Origin: an uncultured delta proteobacterium
GTDB lineage: Bacteria > Myxococcota_A > Polyangia > Polyangiales > Polyangiaceae
Direction: 5' to 3'
Length of the DNA: 64,000 bases
NCBI GenBank assembly: GCA_963850305.1
Contig: CAWKKR010000008.1
Location: 704,001 to 768,000 of the forward strand
Shown here piece after piece: positions 51,518 through 59,964 of this stretch. Numbering within the stretch: the first letter of the stretch is position 1; every line of letters starts with the position of its first letter. The notes below the pieces were generated by a model. That model was given only the letters and a program-made list of their open reading frames with translations, did no database searches and had not been told where the DNA came from. The position numbers and the translations under genes were made by a program.

Positions 51518-51670
51518 GGGACGGCGCCGGCGGCCGACCCGTATCCGGGCTCGGATCTCGTGGCTCCGGTCTTCGGCACGCCGCCCGGGTGCGCGACTCC
51601 CGTCACCGCTCCCCGGTCGTGCGAAAATCCGCACTGGCGGGCGGTGGCGGTTCCGTTGGACAAAGGGCGG

Positions 51671-52675
51671 GTGGACGTCAACGCTCTCATCGATGCCATC
51701 GTGCGGCAAACCACGGTGCTCATCGCGCAGCTCGCGACGGCGACGGGCGGGCGCGCGCCGCTCGTCAACACCGCGAATCGGGTCTTCGTCGATCTGGTGC
51801 GGGAGCTCCGGGAGCAGGGCCTCGGTAACAAGGTGATCGCGGATATGTTCGGCCTCGCGCTCCGCACGTACCACGACCGGGTCCGGCGGCTGTCCGAGAG
51901 CACGACCTTTCGCGGGCGCTCGCTCTGGGAAGCGACGCTCGCGTACATCGAAGAGCGCGACGTGGTGCGGCAGGCGGAGGTGCTCGACAGCTTCCAAAAG
52001 GACGACGAGGCCAGCGTGCGCGGCGTGCTGGCGGATCTCGCCGATTCGGGGGTCGTGTTCCGGAGCGGGCGCGGGCCGGCCACGACGTATCGCGCGGCGC
52101 GTCCCGAAGAGCTAGCGGTCGCGAGTCACGGCGACGAGGGCGCGGCGGCGATGCACCTCGTGTGGGTGACCGTGAGCCGGCTCGGCGTCGCGACGGCTCA
52201 AACGATCGCGCAGACGGTCGCGCTGGACGACGCCGCGATCGCGACGGCGCTCGATCGACTCGTGCTCGAGGAACGCGTTGCCTGCGTGGAGCACGGGGGC
52301 GCACGCGAGTATCGAGCGGACCTCTGCGTCATCCCGTATGGCGCCGAGCACGGCTGGGAAGCCGCCGTGTTCGATCATTATCAGGCCGTCGTGACCGCCC
52401 TGTGCACGAAGCTCCGGATGGACTCGGTGTCCGCGGCGCCGGCAGATCGCGTCGGCGGCAGCACCTACGGCTTCAAGGTGTGGGAGGGCCATCCGTACTT
52501 CGACGACGTGACGGGGCTCCTCGCGCGACTGCGGGTCGACGTGAATCGGCTCCGCGAGCAAGTGACGGCGTTCAACGCGGACCATCCGGAGCCCGCGCAG
52601 ACGATCCGCGTGGTGACGTATCTCGGGCAAACGGTGCTCGACTCGGACTCGAACGACGGAAAGGAACGAACATGA
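51671..52675 (+). CDS. Uncharacterised protein with probable HTH/winged-helix regions
   Basis: LIDAIVRQTTVLIAQLAT...GLGNKVIADMFGLALRTY; stop overlaps the serpin start (ATGA). Confidence 0.7.
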   Translation: MDVNALIDAIVRQTTVLIAQLATATGGRAPLVNTANRVFVDLVRELREQGLGNKVIADMFGLALRTYHDRVRRLSESTTFRGRSLWEATLAYIEERDVVRQAEVLDSFQKDDEASVRGVLADLADSGVVFRSGRGPATTYRAARPEELAVASHGDEGAAAMHLVWVTVSRLGVATAQTIAQTVALDDAAIATALDRLVLEERVACVEHGGAREYRADLCVIPYGAEHGWEAAVFDHYQAVVTALCTKLRMDSVSAAPADRVGGSTYGFKVWEGHPYFDDVTGLLARLRVDVNRLREQVTAFNADHPEPAQTIRVVTYLGQTVLDSDSNDGKERT

Positions 52676-54183
52676 CCTGGCGTATCGGTCTGGCAGTGGC
52701 TCTGGCGGCGGCGCTCATCGGCTTCGTCGCGTGCGGGAAGAGCGACGGCGGGGGCGATAGCGAGACCCACTGGCTCAAGACGTGCGCCAGCGATCCGGAT
52801 TGCGGAGGAGACGGCACGTGCCTGTGCAACGTCTGCACGACCGCGTGCACCGTGGGCGGGGCTTGCACTGGGGGACCGCCCGGGAGCTCGTGCGTCGCCG
52901 GAGCGAGCGCGCCGGTTTGCGATGGAGTGACCCCGGTGCCATCGGGCATTTGTTGGTCCGTCGTGGAACAGAGCCGTTCTGACGGCGGAAACGCCAGGAT
53001 CCTTCGCTCGTCGCTCTCGCGCGCGACCCCCGACGACGAAGCGGGCGTGCTCGCCACGACGGTCGCCGCGAACACGACGTTTGCGTTCGACTTGTACCAG
53101 CAGCTCCGGACGACGCCGGGGAATCTCTTCTTCTCGCCGTTCAACATCTCCACGGCGATGGCCATGGCCTGGGCCGGCGCGACCGGACAGACGGCGACCG
53201 AGATCGCGAACGTCTTTCACTTCGCCTCGCCGGCGGTGGAGACGCACCGCGCCTTCAACGCGCTCGACCAATCGCTCGCGAGCGACGCTCCGCACCTCGC
53301 GCTGCACCAGGCGAACGCGGTGTGGACCGATCCGCAGTTTCCGCCGCTCGCGTCGTATCTCGACACGGTCGGGCAATATTACGGCGCGGGCGTCGGAGTC
53401 GTGAACTTCGAGGATCAGCAAAACGCGGCCGATACCATCGACGGCTGGGTATCGAGCGAGACGGAGGGCACCGTCCCGGAGCTGCTGTCCGCGTCGGACC
53501 TGCAGCCAGGGACGCAGCTCGTGCTGACGGCGGCGATTTACTTCGAGGGCTTCTGGGCGAGTCCGTTCGGCCCGAGCGGGACGTACGGCAGCCACTTCAC
53601 GCTCGCAGACGGCACGACCGTACCGGTGCAGATGATGGACCAGACGGAGACCCTCCGCTACGCGGCAACAGCGGACTACGCCGCCGCGAGCATCCCTTAC
53701 GAGACGGTCGGGCAACACCAGTACGAGATGCTCGTCGTGCTCCCGTCGGGAGACCTGGCGTCATTCGAGCCGTCGCTCGACGACTCGCGCTTGAATGCCA
53801 TCATCGCCAGCTTGTCGCCGCAGACTGTCGAGCTAGACGTGCCGCGCACCGACTTCAGGACGAAGCTCAATCTCAGGGACACGCTCAGCGCCATGGGGAT
53901 GCCTACGCCGTTCCTGGAAGGCGGCGGCTTCCTGGCAATGCTCAGCGATCCCGCGGACCTCCTCTACGACGTCGTTCACGACGGCTTTCTGTCGCTCGAT
54001 GAAACGGGGACCACGGCGTCGGGAGCCACCGCGGTCATCGTGGGCGAAGACGGGGGCATTTCGCTCGATCCGCCGCCGCCGCCGCCGTTGCTCGAGCTCG
54101 ATCGGCCGTTCCTCGTCGTGATCCGGGACACGCAGTCCGGGACGGTGCTCTTCCTGGGTCGCGTCGCTAATCCGACGGAGTGA
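52672..54183 (+). CDS. Serpin family lipoprotein with Cys-rich N-terminal domain
   Basis: FVA-C lipobox, NLFFSPFNIS, AIYFEGFW, F....G..V.V.MM, hinge DETGTTASGATA, DRPFLVVIRD...LFLGRVANP. Confidence 0.92.
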   Translation: MTWRIGLAVALAAALIGFVACGKSDGGGDSETHWLKTCASDPDCGGDGTCLCNVCTTACTVGGACTGGPPGSSCVAGASAPVCDGVTPVPSGICWSVVEQSRSDGGNARILRSSLSRATPDDEAGVLATTVAANTTFAFDLYQQLRTTPGNLFFSPFNISTAMAMAWAGATGQTATEIANVFHFASPAVETHRAFNALDQSLASDAPHLALHQANAVWTDPQFPPLASYLDTVGQYYGAGVGVVNFEDQQNAADTIDGWVSSETEGTVPELLSASDLQPGTQLVLTAAIYFEGFWASPFGPSGTYGSHFTLADGTTVPVQMMDQTETLRYAATADYAAASIPYETVGQHQYEMLVVLPSGDLASFEPSLDDSRLNAIIASLSPQTVELDVPRTDFRTKLNLRDTLSAMGMPTPFLEGGGFLAMLSDPADLLYDVVHDGFLSLDETGTTASGATAVIVGEDGGISLDPPPPPPLLELDRPFLVVIRDTQSGTVLFLGRVANPTE

Positions 54184-54300
54184 GACGAGGAGTTGGACCG
54201 CTGTTTTTCCCGACTTCCAGGCGGGCGCGCGGCGGAAGGTCGCACCGTCCCTTGTGCACGCGCCCGCTCGCGAGGCAGCGACCTACGTCGCCTCCCACGC

Positions 54301-55980
54301 TCATTCGTGGTGCGGTCGTAAATCGACCCACACGATCGGCACGCCGTCGTTCGCGCCGATCTTGCTGGGACTCACGGTGCCGTAGTCGACCCAGATCTGG
54401 TATTCGACGCGCGCCATGTGCTGTTCGTCGTGGAGGAGCGCGACGTCCGTGGAGCTGAGGTTCAGGGAGCCGACGAGATCCGCGCGAAGGCGGCCATCGC
54501 GTTGCATCCGGTTCCAGCTATCCATCGCCGTATCGTGGATGTAGACCGAGGCGCCCACGGGTGCGCGCGCATTGATGAAGCCTTGCACCGCTCCCGTCGT
54601 GTACCCCCAGAACGACCGATTGAGGCCCAGGCTCGCCCCGCCCGGCGTACCGCCGACGATGGGCATGTAGGCGCTGAGCCCCCAGGGGTGGGCGTGCAAG
54701 GTCATCACGATGGGCCCCACGAGCACCGAAACCGCGAGCGCCAGCTCCGTGACTCGCCGCTTCCACTCGCGCGAAGCCCAGAGCGAGACGAGCTTCTGTC
54801 GCGTCCACTCGAAGCCCGTGCCGGCGAAGAGGCACATGAACGGGTACGCCGTGATCCAGTGCTTCGTGCCACCGAAGATGGGCGTCTCGGCCGATAGCCA
54901 GGGGGCATAGCTCGTGAAGAGACAGAGAATCCAGAGAGTGCGCGTCGAGAACAGCTGCTTCGCCGCGCGCCGCTCGCGGAAGGACAGGGCACGGATGCGA
55001 CGCAGAAACGGGAGCTCGAGCGCGCTCTTTCCGAGACCGAGGGCGAAGAGCAAGAGCGTGATCGTCGGCACCGTCGCCACCGTCATGACCCATGCGTAGA
55101 GTCGCGGCATGGGCGGCCGGAAGTACGTCACCCCCAGAAACTCCATGTTGTAGTATTCGTGGTTGAGGTGGAACGCGACGTAGTCGGCGAGCCGCTGGCC
55201 CGTGTCCGACCAGATCCACGGCCACCCCAGGTAGAACACGACGGGGCCGAGACTCACCATCGTGAACAGGGCGAGCGGCGCGCGTGTGCGGCCTGCTCGG
55301 AGATCGCGCAGAAGGCCTCGAGGCCCGCGCGTGATGATGAAGTGCACGACCAGCGCGAATGGTAGCAGCCAGGCGTTGTGCTTCGTGTCGAGCTCGAGAC
55401 CGTAGAGAACTCCCGTCAGCAGAGCCCACGGGAGCCCCCCGCCGTCGATGCTCCGGTAGTAGGCGTACGTGGTGACGAGCCACATCGTCATCACGGCGAC
55501 GTCGAAACACGCCAGATGCGAGTGGTAGAACATCGCGGGCTGCATCGCGAGGAGCACCGCGGCAACGAAGCCTGCGAGCCGACCGATGGTGCGACGCCCC
55601 CACAGATAGACGGTCGCGACGCCGACGCTCGATAGCACCATGCCGGGGAACCGAAACGCGGTACCCGCTTCCCGGAACACCTGATGATCGACGTGCAGGT
55701 ACTTGTACGAAAGCGCGAAGAGTGACTTCACGAACGCGGGATGTTCGTGATTGTCGCGCCAGTATCGGTCGACGAAGCTCGGCTCGAGCGCGGTCGCCGG
55801 GTGCTGGAAGAGCGTGTCGAACCAGTGCTTGTAGTCGAACGCAGCGTGGAAATAGAACCCCTCGTCTCGCGCGTATCCGAGATTGGACACGGTGTGGAGC
55901 AACAGCGCGACGTAGCCTGCCGCCAGCGCGAATGCGATCAGGGGGTCGACCAGCGACCGGAGAAAGCGAAACCGGGTCAT
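54301..55980 (-). CDS. ArnT/PMT-like (GT-C) glycosyltransferase
   Basis: GYARDEGFY, NHEHPAFVK, AFRFP, HSHLACFD, TKHNAW; multi-TM. Confidence 0.82.
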   Translation of the reverse strand: MTRFRFLRSLVDPLIAFALAAGYVALLLHTVSNLGYARDEGFYFHAAFDYKHWFDTLFQHPATALEPSFVDRYWRDNHEHPAFVKSLFALSYKYLHVDHQVFREAGTAFRFPGMVLSSVGVATVYLWGRRTIGRLAGFVAAVLLAMQPAMFYHSHLACFDVAVMTMWLVTTYAYYRSIDGGGLPWALLTGVLYGLELDTKHNAWLLPFALVVHFIITRGPRGLLRDLRAGRTRAPLALFTMVSLGPVVFYLGWPWIWSDTGQRLADYVAFHLNHEYYNMEFLGVTYFRPPMPRLYAWVMTVATVPTITLLLFALGLGKSALELPFLRRIRALSFRERRAAKQLFSTRTLWILCLFTSYAPWLSAETPIFGGTKHWITAYPFMCLFAGTGFEWTRQKLVSLWASREWKRRVTELALAVSVLVGPIVMTLHAHPWGLSAYMPIVGGTPGGASLGLNRSFWGYTTGAVQGFINARAPVGASVYIHDTAMDSWNRMQRDGRLRADLVGSLNLSSTDVALLHDEQHMARVEYQIWVDYGTVSPSKIGANDGVPIVWVDLRPHHE

Positions 55981-56891
55981 CGCGTATCCGCCTGAAAGCA
56001 GAACTCCCGATCGAACGCGCGCCTGGAGGCGATCCGGAACTCGACGCTGGTTCGGGTACCGGCGGAGGCTCCGACCGGCATCTCGAACGGTTTCCAACCG
56101 TCTCCGTCGCGGTGGATGTAGCGGCCAATCTCGCGGCCTCCCACGAGAATCGTCATGTCGACCGGCGCGCCGCGTTCTTCGCGCTCGACCCACCAAGGCA
56201 GGGTGGCGTAGCCGCGGACGACCTTGCCGACCGGAACGCCATCGAACCGCACGGACAATGCCGCGCCCGACGTGGGCTCCGCCCAGATGCATCGCCGGCC
56301 GCGCCACTTCTCATCCTCGACGACGGTCACGCCGACGAAGTGAGACTCGGCGCCCGGGCACTCGAACCGCTCGGCGGGAAACGCCGGATTGCCCAGCAAG
56401 CCGCCGGCGTCCCGTCTCGCGTGGGGATTCCACCTGCAAGGGACGGCTCGCCCACTGCGCTCGTCTGCGACGGTGGCGTCCGCGAGATGATCGACGAAGT
56501 CGTAGGCGACGTGCGCAGGCGCCGGATTCGCGAACACTCTCAGTCGAAATTTTCCGACGCGTTGCTCTCGCAACAACTTCCAGCCGGCCAGCTCCGGGGC
56601 CGACCCGCCGATGATGCTGACCTCGATCGCGCGAGCCTTCGCGGTGTCATCGGCACGAGCCACGTCGGCGAGCGGCATCAGGGCGTCACCGAAGGCATAC
56701 CGCGCATTTGGCTCAGCCCACTCGGGCGCGACCACCACGACCTCGTCGTGGGTACGCAAGGCGGCGACCGCACCCTTGACCCCGAGCCAATCTTCGGGTT
56801 TCGGGGGCCGCGAGGAGAAGTAGAAGTGACCCCCGAGCTCCAACAGTCCGACCGCCGGCACGACGAGCCACAGGAGCGCCTTCGGAACCAT
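55977..56891 (-). CDS. Membrane-anchored hypothetical protein
   Basis: N-terminal TM helix, then soluble domain; stop overlaps the GT-C start. Confidence 0.7.
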   Translation of the reverse strand: MVPKALLWLVVPAVGLLELGGHFYFSSRPPKPEDWLGVKGAVAALRTHDEVVVVAPEWAEPNARYAFGDALMPLADVARADDTAKARAIEVSIIGGSAPELAGWKLLREQRVGKFRLRVFANPAPAHVAYDFVDHLADATVADERSGRAVPCRWNPHARRDAGGLLGNPAFPAERFECPGAESHFVGVTVVEDEKWRGRRCIWAEPTSGAALSVRFDGVPVGKVVRGYATLPWWVEREERGAPVDMTILVGGREIGRYIHRDGDGWKPFEMPVGASAGTRTSVEFRIASRRAFDREFCFQADTR

Positions 56892-56970
56892 CGGCCGAGC
56901 AGAGCCTAGGATCAAAGACGCCTGCGTTCGAGTCGATTTCGGCGGGAAGACGGCGTTATAAAGAGAAAGG

Positions 56971-58590
56971 ATGCCGGACGTGCCGCGCCCGGAACCGGCC
57001 ACCAACCCGTTCCATGCGACCAGGGAGACGCAGCTTGCGCTGCTCCTGGCGGTGACACTCGCCGCCGGCGCCTACGTCATCGTTTATCCGTTCACGCTCG
57101 TCCGGTATCCGCCGATCACCGATCTGCCGTTCCACGCGTCGGAGATGTCCATCCTCCGACATTACTTCGATCCGAAGTTTCATTTCCGCGAGCAGTTCTC
57201 GCTGCACCCGCTCGAGGTGCCGTACCTCTCGATGTACGTGATCGGAGCGCTCTTCGCGCTGGTGGTGCCGATCTCCGTCGCGACGAAGCTGATGGCCATC
57301 GCGATGCTCGCACTCGTGCCGGTGGGTCTCGCGGTGCTCTTCTACGGCATGAAGAAGAGTCCGCTGTGGGGGCTGACCGGCCTCGGTTTCATCTGGTGCA
57401 CGGTCACGCAATGGGGGTTCTTGAACTTCATGGGCGCGACCGGGCTCTTCGCGATGAGCATCGGGTTTGCGCTGCTGGTGGCCGACGAGCCGACGAAGCT
57501 GCGCCGCCTCGGGCTGTCGCTCTCGCTCGTGGCCATCTTCTTCACGCACGTGTACCGGTTGCCGTTCGCGCTCGTCGGAGTGCTCGTCGCGGGCGCGCTG
57601 GTGTATCCAGCCACGCGCCGCTTCGCGCCCATCGTGGAGACGCTGTGGCCTGCACTCGCTCTGTTCGTGATCTGGCTCCTGGTACGGCCGCGAGCTCTCG
57701 GTATCGGCATCCACGAGTTCGGCTTTCATCCCGAGCGCGTATCGGAAATCCTCGAGCATCTGTTCGGAGCGTACCTGCCCGTGAACGGTGCCCCGCCGAC
57801 GCCCGAAGGGATCCTCGAGCGCACTCTCGGCGAACGGGTCCTCGGGATGCAGGCGTTCGCGGTGTGCGCAGCGACGCTGCTCTTCTTCGTCGACGGACGG
57901 GCGAAGAACCGATCCCGGCGCGAGCGGCTATGGGCGATCGGCGTCACGGTTCTTCCAGTGCTCTTCGCCGGCGGCCTGTTCCTCGCGTACCTGACGTTAC
58001 CGTTCGAGAGCGGCCTCTGGTTTTACATCTACCCGCGCGAGATGGTCGCGAGCGTCATGTTTCTGGTCGCCGTGGCGCCGGATCTTCCGCGCTCGTTCGT
58101 CGGACGAGGCGCCTTCGCGCTGTTCCTGGCCGCCGCTGCGGTTCCGATGAGTCGGTTCGTGTCGGCCCGTTTTCTGGAGTTCGAAGCGGCCACCGCAGAC
58201 TTCCGAGAGATCGTGGCGGAGGTTCCCGCGGCACCGAAGCTCTTCTATCTCATGTACTGGCTGGGCGACTCGGCGAAGCGCGTTTCTCCGTTCCTGCACC
58301 TGCCGGCATGGATCCAGGCCGAGAAGGGCGGCGCGCTCGATTTCCACTTCGTCCAGTGGCGACACAGTCCAATTCGGTATCGGGTGGGGTCGCCCGACGT
58401 GCCTCCCCCTCTGCCCCAGCGCTTCGAGTGGACCCCTCAATACTTCGATGTGCTCCAGCAGGGATACTGGTTCGACACGTTCCTGGTCCGACACCGCATC
58501 GATCCGCACGAGCTCTTCGATGCGGATCCTGCAATTCACCTGGTGTCGCACCACGGCTCCTGGTGGCTTTATCGCCGGTTCGGGAAATAG
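56971..58590 (+). CDS. Multi-TM membrane protein, possible GT-C-like transferase
   Basis: YPPITDLPFH, WGFLNFM; about 11 hydrophobic segments and a soluble C-terminus. Confidence 0.7.
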   Translation: MPDVPRPEPATNPFHATRETQLALLLAVTLAAGAYVIVYPFTLVRYPPITDLPFHASEMSILRHYFDPKFHFREQFSLHPLEVPYLSMYVIGALFALVVPISVATKLMAIAMLALVPVGLAVLFYGMKKSPLWGLTGLGFIWCTVTQWGFLNFMGATGLFAMSIGFALLVADEPTKLRRLGLSLSLVAIFFTHVYRLPFALVGVLVAGALVYPATRRFAPIVETLWPALALFVIWLLVRPRALGIGIHEFGFHPERVSEILEHLFGAYLPVNGAPPTPEGILERTLGERVLGMQAFAVCAATLLFFVDGRAKNRSRRERLWAIGVTVLPVLFAGGLFLAYLTLPFESGLWFYIYPREMVASVMFLVAVAPDLPRSFVGRGAFALFLAAAAVPMSRFVSARFLEFEAATADFREIVAEVPAAPKLFYLMYWLGDSAKRVSPFLHLPAWIQAEKGGALDFHFVQWRHSPIRYRVGSPDVPPPLPQRFEWTPQYFDVLQQGYWFDTFLVRHRIDPHELFDADPAIHLVSHHGSWWLYRRFGK

Positions 58591-58737
58591 GGCCCCCGAG
58601 CCGGTCGGTCCAGGTCGAACCCCCCGCTTCTCGCTCTCCAGGCGGCGAATGTTTCATGGCCGTGAGCGTTCATTCCACTTCTGAACGCTGGGTTTGGGAC
58701 CTACCGGCTAACTGCGCCAACCCGCGCGGGCCGGGGC

Positions 58738-58753
58738 TGGTACGCCCCGTGCA
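58738..58753 (+). promoter_or_regulatory. Sigma-54 (-24/-12) promoter
   Basis: TGGTACG-CCCC-GTGCA versus consensus TGGCACG-N4-TTGCW; GG(58739-40)-N10-GC(58751-52) spacing exact. Confidence 0.65.
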
Positions 58754-58763
58754 GTAATCCCGC

Positions 58764-59011
58764 GCAAGAGTGCCGCGGTCCAATCGAGGATCGTCGCTCG
58801 AAAGCAAGTCATAGCGACTCGATACGTCCCCCCCTCCGTGCGGGTCGCTATGCAATTCTAGTCATACCGGTTCGACACGTCCCCCCCCTCCGTGCGGACC
58901 GGTATGCATTTATTCCCACAGCGCGGTCAGCCACCCCCTCCCCGGCGGACCGCGCTGTGAACTCGTCGAGAGACTGAACCCGACGGCCCCTCGCGGATCG
59001 GGCGGTTTTTT
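58764..59011 (+). ncRNA. Candidate multi-hairpin sRNA with C-rich loops
   Basis: Hairpins 58810-58852, 58863-58906, 58917-58959 and about 58972-59007, each with a CCCTC-containing loop; compensatory changes between the first two stems; ends in T6. Confidence 0.7.
58972..59011 (+). terminator. Intrinsic terminator-like hairpin plus U-tract
   Basis: GACTG..CCCGA...TCGGG-CGGTT pairing, running into T6 at 59006-59011. Confidence 0.6.
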
Positions 59012-59133
59012 GGTGTCTGACCCGCCGTCCCGCGTGCTTTCGCGCGGCGAGGGCGATAGGTTCGCGGGCCCCCGATGAACCTAGTGAACGCCGCAGCGAC
59101 CCCCGCCGTCGGGCGAGCAGGCGTTTCTCCTCC

Positions 59134-59865
59134 ATGAGCGGAGTGGGGACACGGGCCCTGATCGTCACGCCGACCTACAACGAGCGCGACAACCTCCGCA
59201 CCTTCGTGGATGCGGTCTTCCGTCACGCTCCGGCGGCCCGGATTCTCGTCGTGGACGACGCGTCCCCGGACGGCACGGGGGCCCTCGCGGACGAGCTGGC
59301 CAGACGGGAATCGCGGCTCGCGGTGATGCATCGTCCGCGAAAACTCGGCCTGGGGACCGCCTACGTCGATGCCTTTCGACGAGGACTCTCGGACGACTAC
59401 GACTTCTTCTTCGAGATGGACACGGATCTCTCACACGATCCCAGATACCTTCCGGCATTTTTCGCGGCGCTCGAGAGAGGCGCAGACGTGGCCGTCGGCT
59501 CTCGGAACGTCGCGGGTGGCGGCGTCGAAGGATGGGGAATCGGGCGGCACGCGCTGTCGAAGGGCGGCTCGCTCTACTCACGCGTCGTCCTCGGGGTCGG
59601 AGTTCGGGATCTGACGACGGGGTACAAGGCGTTCACACGTCGAGCGCTGCAGGCCATCGAGCTCGAGCGCGTGCACTCGAGCGGCTACTCCTTCCAGATC
59701 GAAATGACCTTTCGGGCCTTGCGAGCCGGACTCCGCATCGAGGAGGTGCCGATCGTCTTCGTCGACCGGCGCGCCGGGCAGAGCAAGATGGACCGCCGCA
59801 TTTTCATGGAAGCCATCGGCGTCGTCTGGAAGCTGAAGTGGGCCGCGATGCGCGGCGCCGTGTGA
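59134..59865 (+). CDS. Polyprenol-phosphate mannose (hexose) synthase, DPM1/Ppm1-like GT2
   Basis: PTYNERDN, VVDDASPDGTG, KLGLGTAY, EMDTDLSHDP, DLTTGYKAF, GYSFQIEM, FVDRRAGQSKM. Confidence 0.93.
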   Translation: MSGVGTRALIVTPTYNERDNLRTFVDAVFRHAPAARILVVDDASPDGTGALADELARRESRLAVMHRPRKLGLGTAYVDAFRRGLSDDYDFFFEMDTDLSHDPRYLPAFFAALERGADVAVGSRNVAGGGVEGWGIGRHALSKGGSLYSRVVLGVGVRDLTTGYKAFTRRALQAIELERVHSSGYSFQIEMTFRALRAGLRIEEVPIVFVDRRAGQSKMDRRIFMEAIGVVWKLKWAAMRGAV

Positions 59866-59964
59866 ACTGGGTCGGCGCCAAGCGGTCGAGCGCGGCGACG
59901 ATCGGCACCGGAGATCGGATCGGCTGCTGGAGTCGACCCGGACGAGCTCCGGGCTCGGCACCGG

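Noticed and set aside
58810..58959. Possible mini-CRISPR array or small ORF
   Set aside because: The conserved part is the loop while the stems covary, unlike repeat-spacer structure; no credible ORF or RBS
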